A DNA stretch of 64,000 nucleotides from Lama glama (lineage: Eukaryota): NCBI GenBank assembly GCA_028534125.1, contig CM052818.1:23376001-23440000 (forward strand). The letters run 5' to 3'. This document shows positions 24,590 through 37,660 of the stretch, one piece after another. Numbering within the stretch: the stretch's first letter is position 1; each line of letters starts with the position of its first letter. Made by a program: the position numbers and the translations under genes. Under the pieces are notes generated by a model. The model saw only the letters and a list, made by a program, of their open reading frames with translations. It was not told the DNA's origin and made no database searches.

Positions 24590-24780
24590 GGCCTGCATGA
24601 TCTGATTTGTGTCACTTCTGTGATCTCGGCTGTGGTACAAGACTCCTCTAAGCCATAGTTTCTTTATCTGAAAGGTGGAGAAGAGTATAATTCTTACCTT
24701 ACAGGATTGTTTTAAGGATTAAATGAGATAATACATAGAACAGTAAAAAGAAATAAAAATAGTTATCTTATTACAGTTAT
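24590..24780 (+). mobile_element. MIR SINE fragment
   Basis: agtttctttatctgaaa...acctacagg-like...aggattaaatgagataata. Confidence 0.7.
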
Positions 24781-26069
24781 TAGTAATTTTAAATAATATT
24801 AAGCTTAATGCCCCTAGCTTGGAATTCAGAGTCATTTATATCTTTCCCCAGTCCTTCCTTACACTGTGTTTCTCATAGTTCTCGCTTCTCTGTTTCTCAG
24901 CTTTCTTGCTTGGCAAGTTGGTAGAATGGAGACAAGCCCCGGCCTTGCTCACAGGGGCTGCTCATCATAGTCCTCTCATTGAAGCAAGGGCTGCACAAAC
25001 AGATGCTGTCATCCTGTTCCCAAGGCTCTTCTTTCTTGTCTTTGCAGTAATAACATTTCCTTCAAATGTTTTACCTGGGGCTCCCCCCCATGTAGGTTGC
25101 TCTGGCAACATCAGAAGGGGAATTAGCACCCAGAGGAACTGTGAGTACTGCCCCTTTGCAGGCTCCAGGGATAGGTACTTGATGTGACAATTTAGGAAAC
25201 AGCAAAGACCCTTGCTTCCCTGCTTTGTGAGGCTATTTGTCCTTGTCCACTCTGTTTAATTAATTAATGTTCCAGCAGAAAAGAAATGCCATTCATTGTG
25301 TATTCTTCTTGGTGCTTGAAGTTGTTGGGGCTTGTTTCTCTCCTTCAATAGAAATGCTTCCCACACAGAAGGAAACAAAGTCAGCTTATTGGATTCCCAG
25401 AGAATATCCATTCACCCGCAGGTGCAGAGCACCATCACTTCAGTGTGAATTGTGACAAAAGAGGGAATTGTGTTAACTTCCAGTCATCTTGTAAAAAATC
25501 TGGTGTCATGTTTGAGTTCAGCAGGTAGATGGACCTGGGGAGATGACTCTGTCCTAGAACTTTGTGGGTGGGCCTTTGAGCCATCTGCTTGAGGTACCCC
25601 GCGTGGCTCCTGTGTGAGACCTCTGCTCCTGTTAATCCGGCCTCTGCATCTTTGTCCGTCAGGGTTGCCTGGATTGTTGGAGCTGGACAACCTAGGTCAG
25701 GGGAGGAAGCGGGAAGAGGTCCCGGAAGGCAGTGAGACACAGCCAGTTCTCTACAGGGATCGCCCAGGCTAATGTCTCATTAGTTCTCTATTTTAAATTT
25801 GTGTAGAAGTCTAGGATACATGAAAGCAAAAATAAAAATCTGGGACAGCGATCAGAGGAAACAGAGCCACCATCAAATACCTTTGAGTAAAGTTTGTCCT
25901 TCCTATATGTAGCAACTAAATAATTGTTGCCATGTATATGGCATTTGGACAGAAATTTAATGTAGCACCTATTTTGGGGGCCTGGGGCATTTGCAGAGCA
26001 TTGTGCTCAGCAGCGTGACGTGGGCGGAAAAGCATGAGCCCCACAGGCTAGCTTCACCACGTTGCTGCG

Positions 26070-26215
26070 TGCCTTTGAGTTTGATGTTGAACTTCCCCTG
26101 CCTCAGATTCCCCTTCTGCAAAGTGAATGATGCAACAATAATGAAAATAACACTTTGCAGAATTATCGTGAGGGCTGAATGAGATAACGTATGTGAAAAA
26201 CTAATTGGAATGGTG
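26070..26215 (+). mobile_element. MIR SINE fragment
   Basis: tgcctcagattccccttctgcaaagtg...gtgagggctgaatgagataacgtatgtgaaa. Confidence 0.7.
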
Positions 26216-26299
26216 TTAGATCCTTTGACCCTACGTGCTTTCAGGACCATAAAGGAGTGAGAGGAGTGTGACAAGGTCATGGTAACGTGATCCCTTCCC

Positions 26300-27100
26300 C
26301 CCAGGTGTAGCAGGGAAGTAAACAGGCAAAGAGTATACGTATAATGCAAATGATTAAATGTGCTGCAAAGGAAAATGATTAGAAAGATGAGGAAATGCGA
26401 TGCATAATGCCCAAGGAGAATCTGCATGCTTTGGAGAAGGCGGTTGACAGGGCAGAGTTAGTGGTGGGGTGGTAGATGGACTTTCCAGGTGGAGGGGAAA
26501 GCAAAAGCCAGGGCCTGGAGTCTGGAGGGCACAGGGTATAGTGGTATAATAAGGATGCCTTATTAAGGTGGCTTTCCAGGAACAGGCTGTCTGGAAGGAT
26601 GTTGGAGAAGTCTGGAGTTCAGTTAGGGTGGCTTTGAGTACTGGGTGAGTAGTTTGAGTTTTACTGGGTAAAAAATTAGGAGCCATTAAAGTGTTTTGTT
26701 TTTTGGGGTTTTTTCCCCCACTTTTCCTATTTATTTGTTTGTTTGTTCAACTTTTTAAAATTGAATTATAGTCATTTTACAATGTTGTGTCAAATTCCAG
26801 TGTTTTGTTTTATTATTTTTTTTGTAGCAGGTTAGTGACAATGATCGGGTCTGTGCTTTAGAAAGATAATTCTGGCTCTAGTATGTCTGGGGGCTGATGG
26901 GGAGGGAGACTGCAATACCCTACGGGAGAAATGACGAGGGCCTTATCCAGGGAGGCTGGATGCAGGGGTGGAAGTGGATGTGGAAAATTTGCTGAGAAAG
27001 ACTCTACAGAATTTGGCAACTTGTTAGATGTAATGACTGAAACTGAGATCGGCCAAGCTCAGATTAGCTTTGAAGTCACTTGGGAGCCAGGGTGACCGGG
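26300..27100 (-). mobile_element. L2 LINE fragment
   Basis: gcaaaagccagggcctggag...ggagccattaaagtgtttt...tgtgctttagaaagataattctggct...acagaatttggcaacttgttagatgt. Confidence 0.7.
26703..26798 (-). mobile_element. Ultra-short L1 3'-end insertion with 13-bp TSD
   Basis: attgaattatagtcattttacaatgttgtgtcaaattcc plus T-rich tail; TSD agtgttttgtttt at 26690-26702 and 26799-26811. Confidence 0.8.
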
Positions 27101-28084
27101 AAGATGGAAGGCTAGGGACCTGTAGTTGTTAAATGACTAACTGGTGTCATTTCCGGGTTGGAAGTGGGAAAAGTTAGGGGAAACTGGGTGAAAAGGAAAA
27201 CTACCACAGACCCCACTGAAGGCCCCTGGATCTGCAGCTCTGGATGGGGCTGGGGAGGAATGGGCACGCTGTCCGGCTGCTCGGGGAGATGAAACCTGAG
27301 TTTCCAGCCCTCCCATTTCTGTCCCAGGCAGGAATCAAGGTCCGGCCTTGTTTAGTCTTCTGTTTCCTCTCCAGCAGCCTGTCTGCGGCCCAAGGCTTTG
27401 CCAGGCTTCAGTAACAGTCTGTGAGGGAGGCAGCTCGCACAAGCAAGTGGGGGATGCTTCTCTGGGCGTCTGCTGCAGTGCCAGCCCCAGAGTCCCAGCC
27501 CCTGGTCTCACCACCAGCATCCGAGCAGGCTCTCCTGTGAGCTGGGAGCTGGCATATAGAACTCCAAGAAGTAATTTTTTGATTATTCTTCTTTCCCCTT
27601 TTTCCTTTGGTTTCACTTACCATCATTATCTAATCCTTTATCAAGAAGTTCCTGAATGCCCACCGTACGCATGGGGTGAGCACATCCTTATAATGTGAGT
27701 TAGGCACTGCCCTCAAGGAACTTATGCTAGACATTTGTTGCTTGATACCCTTTCCGGTCTGTTAACGGAAAAAAAACTGCCCTGGAAAAGTTAACCGTTG
27801 ATCACTGGCATTGTTTCTGGTTAAAGCCTGCCGTCTACAAATCTAATCTCCCTTATTTCACAGACAAGAAATAGTGTCAGAGAGGAAGTCAGACAACTTC
27901 AAAGATGACACAGCTATGTTGTGTCAGAATTGGATTTGGAACCCACGTTTTCCAGCTGTGTCTTTTGGAATTCCACTTTGTCTCTCTGATGCTGAGAAGC
28001 CCAGAATAAGTTATCACGAAAATATTCTAGCATAAAATCTCTTTTTAGCGGGTGGTGTCAAAGGGTAGTAACGCTATGACTTTT

Positions 28085-29165
28085 GGAAAATAAAAAATTA
28101 TACATATTTAAGGTGTACAGTGTTATGTTTTGATATATGTATACATAGTGAAATGATAATTTCAATCAAATAATTAACATATCCATCACTTCCCACAGTT
28201 ACCTTCTGTGTGTGTGTGAGAACACTTGATATCTACTTTCTTAGCAAATCTCAAGTATATAATACATTATTATTAACTATAGTCACCATGATGTACGTTA
28301 AGTTTCCAGAACTTACTCATCTTGTAACTGAAAGTTTGTACCCTTTGATCAATATCTCCACTTTTCCCCCACCCCTAGCCTCTGGTAACCCCCATTCTAC
28401 TCTCTGTTAGTATGAGTTCAGATTATTTCTAATTTTTAGATTCTGCGTATAAGTGAGGTCATGCAGTATTTATAACACTTGTCTTCCTGTGTCTCGCTTA
28501 CTTCACTTAGCACAATGTCCTCCAGGTTCATCCATGTTGTCCCAAATGGCACGACTTCCTTCTTTTTAAAAGGCTGAATAATACTCTGTTTATATACCCC
28601 ATTTTCTTTATCCAGTCATCTGTTGATGGACACTTTGGTTGTTTCCATATCTTGGCTGTTGTGAATAGTGCTGTGATGACTGTGGGAGTGCAGAGATCCC
28701 TTTGAGACCATGTTTTCACTTCTTTTGGATATTTACCCAGATGTGGGATCACTGCATCATGTGGCTGTTCCATGTTTTGAGGAACCTCCACACTGCTTCC
28801 CATAGTAGCTGTGCCAATTTACATTCCCACCAACAGTGCACAAGTGTTCCTATTTCTCTGCCTCCTTTCCAACACTTACTTTTTTTAAAATTTAGAACAT
28901 TTATTTTAATTTATTTTTGGTAGAATTTTACTCATTTATTTATGGGGGGGATGGTTGTTTATTTATGTATTTATTTTCTAGTGGAGGTACTGGGGATTGA
29001 ACCCAGGGCCTTGTGCATGCCAAGCATGCACTCTACCACCAAGCTGTACCCTCCCCCAACACTTATCTTTTGCCTTCCTAATAATAGCTGTACTAATAAG
29101 TGTGAGGTGATACCTCTTTGTGGTTTTGATTTTCCTGGCATAAATTCTTAATGATGAGGGATAAT
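28085..29165 (-). mobile_element. L1MA8-10-like LINE-1 3' end, interrupted by a SINE
   Basis: atatttaaggtgtacag...ccagaacttactcatcttgtaactgaaagtttgtaccctttga; ORF2 peptide [25 protein letters not shown]. Confidence 0.9.
28879..29057 (-). mobile_element. Vic-1-like SINE nested in L1
   Basis: tggaggtactggggattgaacccagggcc...gcactctaccaccaagctgtaccctcccc; direct repeat ccaacactta at 28869-28878 and 29056-29065. Confidence 0.92.
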
Positions 29166-29479
29166 TTTTCTTCGCACTCCCAGTCAGTGCACATGGCATG
29201 GATGAGACAGAAGTATGAGTTGAAATAGACGAGGAGAATGGAGCAGTACATTGTGTGGGTGGAGTGGGAATAACAGAGAATGGCTCTGAATGCAGAGAAC
29301 CATGAAACACACCACTGAAGCCTGTGAACAGGATGGCATCTGGAAGGATGTGGTCTGGGAAGGTGGTTGGCTCTGAGAGCGAAGGTCGTAGTAGGAGGAT
29401 TCTTCATGTTTGTCTCTTGCTTGTCAGTGATTGCTGGTTTTTCTAGAGTAAACATGCTTTGTTTTGTTGTTTTGCTACT

Positions 29480-30055
29480 TTGCATCCATTCTCCATTGTC
29501 CAATCAGTTTTATTCCACTCTTTCTCTGGGGGAAATACTCTCTCCCTGAAACTCAGTTCATGTGCTTTGGGTAGGGGTCACCTCTGCCCCGAATCTCCAG
29601 CATTGGGGCAGTTATGGGTTCAAACAGGTCATCATGTTCTTGGTCGTAGTAATTGTTTCTGAGATGGACTCATGTCCTATTTAGAGCCAGAGAATGTAAT
29701 GGGACACTTGCTGTAACTGTGGGATGAGAGTCAAGCTCTCTTGGTGTTGTGCTTGAACGTGAGAAGATGTGAATTACAGTTGCTTAGGGTCATAGTGAAG
29801 AACCTAGAAATGGAGCCAGAAGGCAGAGAGCCAAGAGATGGAGAATCACTGGGTTCTAATGATGTTATTAGGGTTACTGATTGTAGCTATCCCTGAAGCC
29901 AGACCTACCTCTGGACTTCTCAGATTAATGGGTTAATGAAGTCCTACTTTGTTCAAACTTTTTTTTTGTTGTTTATTTTTTGTTGTTTTTTTGCTGTTTT
30001 ATTGTTTATTGTTTTTTTTGTTGTTTCATTGCCATTTGAAAGATTTATAATTGAT
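29480..30055 (+). mobile_element. MaLR solo LTR (MLT1K/L-like), 3' part broken by T-rich low-complexity sequence
   Basis: agagccaagagatggaga...ctgggttctaatgatg...ccctgaagccagacctacctctggacttctcag. Confidence 0.65.
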
Positions 30056-30509
30056 AAAATAACAAAATTGCAAGCAATAAAAGAAAATGTAAAAGAAAAA
30101 GATCGAGTTCCGTTGACACTTCACCTTATGGAATTTCATTTTTGTCATTTAAAAGGAGCAGGTTTCAATAAGTTGTGCCAGAGTAGGTGCCAGTGGGAAG
30201 CTGCCTCCACAGAGGTATAAAGAGAACCAGGACTTCATTCAAAGTAAAGAGGCAAGAGTCTGGACTTTAGGCTTGGACTTGTCCTTAACTGTGAATTATA
30301 CTAAATACTTGTTATGCAGTCAAAAGTGCAATGGTTAATTCCCTGATGTCTTGAAAACTGAATGTAATGACAAGCCTTAGTTGTATTCACTGATTTCAGA
30401 TCTTTGCATCTCTTCTTTGCTACCTCATGTCATTTAACAAGTACACAAAATGAAAACCCTGTCCAACAAGCAGGAAGGACATATGTAACATAGGTGGAGT
30501 TAGAATTAT

Positions 30510-32100
30510 GATTTTCTAAAAATTTAACTCTATTTAGTTTTCAGATTTATGGAAAAGTTGTACACTTAGTGCCCATATGCCTCACACTCAGTTTCCCCTG
30601 TTATTAACATATCACATTAGTATGGTACATTTGTTAACAACCAACGAACCAGTATTCATACATTATTATTAAAAACAGCCCACACTTTATTCCCATTTAC
30701 ACAGTTTTTATTTAATGTCCTTTTTCTGTTCCAAGAGCCCATCTGGGTCACCACGTATTACTTCTAGTCGTCATGTCTCCCTAGGCTCCTCTTAACTCGG
30801 ACAGTTTCTCAGATGTCCCTTGTTTCTGATGACCTTGGCAGTGTTGAGGAGTACTGGTCAGGTGTTTTATAGAACGTCCCTCTACTGGAATTTGTCTTGT
30901 GTTTTTCTCATGACTAGACTGAGGTTATAAGTTTTTGGGGAGAGAAAAAAACACGTGAAATACTATTCTCATAACATCATGTCAAGGATGCCTATTATTC
31001 ACATGAATGATTGCTGTTTACATTAACCCTGGTCTCCTGGCTGAGGTAGGGCTGGTCAGGTCCCCTCTGTAAAGTTAGTCTTTTGACTTATGTCCACACT
31101 GTACTTTTCGGAAGGAGGGCATTGTGTGCGCCCCAGAGGTGGGGAATGGGGAGATTTGCTCCATTTCCTTGAAAGTATCTACATAAACTATTTGGAATTT
31201 TCTGCATGGAAAATTTATTTCTTCTTCCCCATTTATTTATTTATTCAACTATTTATCTATACCAGTATGGACTGGTAGATATTTATTTTATACTTTGGGT
31301 TATAATTCAGTACTACTTACTGTTTATTTTCTTGCTCAAATTGTTCCAGCTTTGACCATTGGGAGCTCTTTCTACTGGCTTCTGAGTCCCTTTGACCTAC
31401 ATACCCCCAACAATGTGATTTTTCCAGGCTCAGCTTGTATTTTTCCTTCCCCAGCCCTAGAATTTTCCATTTCTCAGAGGAACTCTGGTTCTTGTATTGG
31501 ACACTGGTATTAGACACCAACATCTGGATGCTGCTGGGGTGTGGTTGCCTCTAGGCCCTCTCACATGGCAGAGCCCAGAAGTGTATGAGTGAATACTAAC
31601 TCATGAATAATCATGGACTTGTAAGTATTTGTATATGTAAATGTATACATGTGTCTCTAACTCTAATCCACACGGATTGTTCTAGCCTCCTCTCCCTGCT
31701 TGTCATAACTTCCCACTCCAATAGTAAGCAAGCTGGGTCACCATCTATCATTCATTTATTAATTGTTCAATTCCAGTATCCATGTCTTTAGTATTGACGT
31801 TGTTAACTCATCCCTGCCATGGGAAACAATTGTATCAACTAGAGTACAGTGCTTCTGTGAAATTCCTTTTGCCTTTAGTCTTACAGACAGCCCTCATTTC
31901 CAGGGTAACTTAGTTTAGTGCCTTCTCCCCCAGCCCCTTCAGTGAAGTTGTTTCATTTATTTGTAACACACTTAGATTTTTTCTTTTCAAAACATAGTCT
32001 ACATTCTATCCTAAGATAGCTCAACCTCTTAAATGAGTTTTTAAAAAATTGCACACATTGAGTTCCTCTCTTTGTGTTGTAAAGTTCTCTGGGCTTTGAT
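30510..32100 (-). mobile_element. L1MC/L1MD-like long 3' UTR
   Basis: cagtttcccctgttattaacat...tagtcgtcatgtctccctaggctcctct...gaggagtactggtcagg...ttgctcaaattgttccagctttgaccattgggagctct. Confidence 0.85.
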
Positions 32101-33029
32101 TAGTACAGCACTGAACAGACCAAGTCCCTGTTCTCTCGGAACTTTCTTACTGTTTTATCTCACCAGGTTCCGAACAGCATTGACTAAGCTAGAGAATTCT
32201 GGATTAATCCTGGTAAAATTCCGTGGGACTTAGGAGTGGGGTCTTGAAAAGTGGAATGCTGAGGGTGGTAGCTCAGAGGAACAACAGAATTTTCTGGTCT
32301 TGTCTGGGGCCAGAGATATGATCCAAAGTATTCTCAGTTTTCTGGGAACATCTTAGACACAGTTCTCAGAAAGTTCTCACTGGGGTAATCCCTGGGTACA
32401 AGGGGGGCATTTGTCGGCTCTTTCTGGGAGAGAACACACCCGCTAGGCCCCTGTGGAAATGTGAATTACCTCCTAAAGTTAAAAATTATTAGGCACTAGT
32501 TAATGGTTTTCTGAACTCTATGAAAGAGGATGAAAAAAATTGAAATCATATTTTGTGAGGCAAGCTGGATATCTCCTCAAGTGGAAAATGAGCATCTCTC
32601 TTCAAGCAGATTACACTAGCAAAGTACCCGGGCAATCTTGGAATGCCCTCAGCGAGCCGGGCCAGCGCCTGACCCAGGCCAGTGCTCAACAGTCTGAAGA
32701 TGTTGAAGAGACGATACAAAGCTCATTTACCAGAGTCCCTTGCAAAAACTCCAAGATGTTCTTTATTAAGGCTGTTCAATGTAGATGCAGGTTTTTAGCT
32801 CATAGGAATTCAGGATTGAGCTTTAGGGAAATTTCAGAGTTATTTTTGCCAAAAAAGATGATGGATTCAAAAGTAGCTAGTGAGAAAATTTAATGCTGGA
32901 GAAAAGGAAAACAGGCGTAGCCGAGCTCTTCTGTTTAACCCCGGTTGCTTCTTTTTCTGTATCTCGTTTTTATCTTGGTGTTCTTACAGTTCTCAGGTGC
33001 CCGTGTGAAGTCATCTGTAACAAAAAACA

Positions 33030-34445
33030 TTATGAGACCATTGGGGAAATTTTAATATTTCCTGGATATTTAATGAGAGTAAGGATTTATAAAACTTAAG
33101 TTGTGATTATTATAGTTTTGTTAGGAAAAAATGTCCTTAGAGATAAATATTGAAGTATTTATAGATGAAATGATGTGTCTTGAGATTTGCTTCACAATAA
33201 GCCGAGGTAAGAGAGATAAATGTGGGTATGAATGGAACAAGACTGGCTATCAATTGACAGTTATTGAAACTGGATGAAAGATACCTTGGGATTTATAATA
33301 TTATTATTTAAATTTTGTATACATTTGAAATCTTTCATAATCATATAAATGAAAACCAACTGCAAAAGGACTGTAATTTTAAATGTTAAAGGAAAAATAG
33401 TAAAGCTTCTGGAAGATATTATAAGAGAATATATGACCTTGAAAAAAAAAAGAGGGTGCTAACTATACAAAATTAGGATTCTTTGTTCATGAAAATAAAA
33501 CCATTAAGAAAATACAATAGTAAGCCATTGAATGGGAAAACATATTTGAAATATATATGATTGATAAGTAACTCATATTGACGTAAAACAAAATACTCCT
33601 ACAAATCAATGAAGAAAAAAGACAGACAACTCAACAGAAAGTGGACAAAAGACTTGAACAGACCCTTTCTAATAAAGGATAGCCAATGTCCAGTGAGGAA
33701 GACATTTGCTTAGCCTCATTGGTCAAGTAGAAAATGCAAATTAAAATCTTTTCATATCTTTTTTTGGGGGGTGGTTTAAGTCACCTATGAACTCTGGGTG
33801 AGCAATTAATAATTAATAGAGAGCTTATTAAAAAAATTTTTTTGTTTTTTTTTTGGAGGTGGGGAGGAGGTCATTAGGTTTATTTATTTATATTTAGTGG
33901 AGGTCCTGCAGATTGAACCCAGGACCTTATGAATGTTAATTATGCACTCTACCACTGAGCTATACCCTCCTCTCTAATTCACACAGAGCTTTTAAAATAA
34001 AATCACTCATGAGACTGATTCATTTTTCTCCCAGCTTTATTGAGATATTACACAATGCAATATTTTTACACACCTGCCAGAAAGAGTAAAATGAAAAAAC
34101 TGACCAATACTAATTCTTAGCAAAAATGTGGAAAAACTGGAAATTTCACATTCTGCTGGTGGGAGGTATAAATTGGTGTAACCACCTTGGAAAATTGACA
34201 TTGTCTATAAAAGATGAATAGACATTCACACCCCCTCTGACCTGGCAATTCCACTCCTAGGTATACATATCCAACTGAAATGTGTATAAATGTGCACAAA
34301 ATGTTCAAGAATGTTCACAACTTTATTTTTTAATAGCATCTTTATTCTTAATAGCATCAACCCATAAACAACCCAAATACCCATCAATAGTAGAATGGGT
34401 ACATAAATTGTGATATATAATACTATACACCAATAAAAAAATAAG
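33030..34445 (+). mobile_element. Old L1M fragments (L1MC4/ME-like 3' end and degraded ORF2 3' part), interrupted
   Basis: tgaagtatttatagatgaaatgat...gatttgcttca; gacagacaactcaacagaaagtggacaaaagacttgaacagac; gcaattccactcctaggtata. Confidence 0.8.
33837..33972 (-). mobile_element. Vic-1-like SINE
   Basis: attaggtttatttattt...gattgaacccaggacct...atgcactctaccactgagctataccctcc. Confidence 0.9.
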
Positions 34446-34939
34446 GAATCACTTTTTTATCTTTCCTATGGAAAAGCAACAGGACCAACCACAGGTTTTT
34501 GAACCTCTACTGAATATTGGGTCAGTAATTTACTAGGAGACATTATATATGCCCACAAACAGTAGCACCACAGAAAACATGCTTTGGACAATAACAAGAA
34601 TAAGCTAGAACAAAACCTTTTATTCACTGCCAATTTCATCTCTCTGGTTGGGTCCTTTAGACAGGAAGTAGGTGCTCAAAGCAGAAATGGCTCATCAGCA
34701 CCATCATGATTACTTTTTAATGTCTTTGTGTCCAAAAGATTTTGAAAGTAAAAATGGAGAGAATTGACTTAGTACGCAGAGGCACTGCATTTTGTTTTCT
34801 GGGGCTCTTCCCCTGTCTGTTGACATCCACCCATGAAGGAGAATAGGAGTTTGGCTTTTTGCCATTCCTTCTGGAGATGTTTCTGGAAGGCAGGTAGAAT
34901 TGAGATATTCCAAGCTAGTTCTCACATACTTACCTGTCT

Positions 34940-35175
34940 AATATGACTCAGCTTAATTTTTTATTCTCATACTTCCAATACCCTCTTAGGCCCCCCTGCT
35001 AAATGCAGTCATAGCCCTTGTCACAGTTTTTATTGTTTGGCTGGGTGATTATTTATTTAGGATCAGCTAAGGTCCATGAAGGCTGAAATTATGTCTATTT
35101 TGCCCACCGCTGGCTCCCCAGTGCCCAGTGAAGTATCTGGTACATAGTAGGTGGTAAACTATTTGTTGAATGAGT
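34940..35175 (+). mobile_element. L2 3' terminus
   Basis: taaggtccatgaagg...ccccagtgcccag...ctggtacatagtaggt...tatttgttgaatgagt. Confidence 0.75.
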
Positions 35176-35611
35176 CAGGTTTATCTTGTCATTGGACTAA
35201 CCCAATAAAATCAGACCAATTTTATGCTGCAATTCAGAATGGATTTATTCTTATTCCATACACGAACCTAAGAAGCTCGTTTACTTGGTTTGCAAGTCCA
35301 CAATCAGTCAAAAGTAAGATTTATATATAAATCATATGTTTATATGTATATCCATGTCTACATTTCAGGTATTGGGTGGGAAGAGAAATTCCTGGATTTA
35401 ATAGAAACCTGGAAAGAAATCTCTCCTACTATGCAAAACATACTGACTTGGCTTTATTTTCTCTATTGCAATGTCAAGCATCTATAGTTTGCCCTGTCTT
35501 ACTATTTTCATGCTCATTGTTGGGGACAAACCCTCAATATCAGTGAGGTTCTGCTAAACTCAATAGTGTAGACCTCAGGATGTATCAAGATTCTGGGGTC
35601 TAATTACTTAC

Positions 35612-35768
35612 CCAGTGTTTGAATTTCTCTTCATCATCCAGTAACATCAGTATCATCTCTTGGGAAAAAGAACCACAAGCCCAACTCCAGATCTACTGAG
35701 TTAGAATCTGCATTTTATCAGGACCCCCAGATGAGGCATATTCACAGTATAATCTGAGAAGCACTGCT
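35612..35768. mobile_element. MER5A-like MITE
   Basis: ccagatctactgagttagaatctgcatttta...ccccagatga...tgagaagcactg. Confidence 0.7.
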
Positions 35769-36271
35769 GTAGACCAGCATGAATGCTATTGAGGTCAAGT
35801 GGACTGCATTTTGGAGAAGCCCGTTTCAGCCTAGCAGATTCTTAGAAGGCTCTTAGTGAGCCAAAACCTGACCTTTTATTACTTCCCCATTTGTTCCTGG
35901 TCTGGGGCCTTACACAAGTCTACTTCGTTTTTTTCGTGACAGTTCTTCAAAGATCTCAAAGCAGTTTACCCTCCCTGAGGATTTTCCAAGCCAGCATCTC
36001 CTAGAACTTGTGTCAGAAAATATCAGTTTTGTAAAATGTTCTGTGGAAAGAAATGGTTCAGTGCTCCATGAGTTGCAACTACATTTGATTTTGGAAAGTT
36101 TCATTTGAGACTCTGAGAAGTAAGAAAGACTGCTTAGTTTGGAGTAATCCAATTTCCCCAAACTAATTTGTTCAGGAAAACTTTTCTCCTCATGTAGCAA
36201 CTAGTAACATCTTCAAGATTTGAAGAACCTTTTTTTTGGAAACTCTCAGCTGGAGTCTCTTTCAGGTGCCC

Positions 36272-36747
36272 TGTGGCAGGCTGAATAATAGCTTCCAAAG
36301 ATATCTAGGTTCAAATCCCTGAAATCCATGAATGTTACTGTTACGGTAAGGGGACTTGGCAGGTACAATTAAGTTAAGGATCCTGAGATGAGGAGATTAT
36401 ACTGGGGTATCTTGATGGGCCCTAGATGTGATTGCAAGTGTCTGTGTAAGAGGGAGATTTGACTACAGATTCAAGTAGGAGATGAGACAATGGAAGCCAG
36501 ATGTTGGAGTGATATGAGGAAAAGGCCATGAGCCAAGGAACACAGCAGGCCTCTAGAAGCTAGAAAGGGTAAGGAAATGGATTCTCTCCTGGAGCCTCCA
36601 GATGGTACTGTTATGTTGACACTGTTGCTTTAGTCCAGTGAACCGGATTTTGGACTTCTGGCCCCTAGAGTGGTAAGGGAATACATGTGTGTTGGTTTAA
36701 GCCACCATTTGTGGTCATTTGTTATAGCAGCATAGGAAATGAATGCA
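36272..36747 (+). mobile_element. MaLR solo LTR (MLT1D-like), full length
   Basis: tgtggcaggctgaataat...aattaagttaaggatcctgagatg...gagccaaggaa...ttctctcctggagcctccaga...ttgttatagcagcataggaaatgaatgca. Confidence 0.9.
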
Positions 36748-36759
36748 CATCATATCACC

Positions 36760-37660
36760 GCCTTCTCAAACCCTGCAATGGCTCTCAGTTACCTTTAGGA
36801 AAGAAAATCCAAGCTCCTTACTATAGCCCGCAAGTCTGTATCCAATCCCACCAACCCTTCAGCCTGAGCCCCTACCACTCTCTCTTGTCTGCGGTATTTG
36901 AGCAGCGCTGCCCTTCTTTCTGTTACCTGAACCTGCCAAACTCAGTCTTGTTTGACAGCCTTGCACTGCTCAGCCTGCTAGTTTCTGTGCTGACCTGTTT
37001 ATGATCTGTTCTTTCTTTCATTGCTCTGAGGAGAAGAGAGCCTGGCACATAGTCAGTACTCAGAAGACATTTGTTGTTGAACATATAAATGGATAATTGG
37101 ATGTGAGTATGGTTTCAGCTTTCTTCACCATCCTGATTGCTTCCTTTGGATTATGCTCTGGTTGGTTTATGTCTTTAAAATTATGATTCCCAGGCCTGAC
37201 TCTAATATTATGGATCTGATCCGACCATTGTCAAGCAAAGCAGAGATATTTCTTGAGAGTCTTAGGGAGCTTATAGTTCACATTTTTTGTGTGTTGGAAT
37301 TATTTTATAATACATTTTTTTAAAGGAGCAAAGTCTAAACCATTTTTTTAAACCAAACTCAGATGGTTTTAATCTTGACATCTTCCCTGGACATCCTGTC
37401 TAAAGCTGTAAACCACCTTCCACCAGCATTCCCTATCTGCTTTTCTGTTTTATTTATTATTAATACTCATCACTAAAATCCCATATGTTTTACTTATTTT
37501 CTTGTTTGGTGTCTGTCTGACCACAGTAGAAAATAAGTTTTCTGCTGACAAGGAGTTTGCTATTTTTTAAAAAAGACTGCTGCATTTCCTGTGCCTAAAG
37601 AGTGAGTAGCACAGAGCAGATGATCAATAAATGCATGAATGTATGAATGTATGAATAAAT
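36760..37660 (+). mobile_element. L2 fragments including 3' termini
   Basis: aaaccctgcaatggctc...aaaatccaagctcctta; gcctggcacatagtcagtactca; caataaatgcatgaatgtatgaat tail. Confidence 0.65.

Noticed and set aside
34320..34358. Short tandem duplication ctttatt..taatagcat
   Set aside because: Ordinary slippage within an old L1.
34926..34936. ATACTTACCTG, identical to the U1 snRNA 5' end (perfect donor on minus strand)
   Set aside because: The match stops after 11 nt, borders an L2 remnant and has no convincing partner acceptor.
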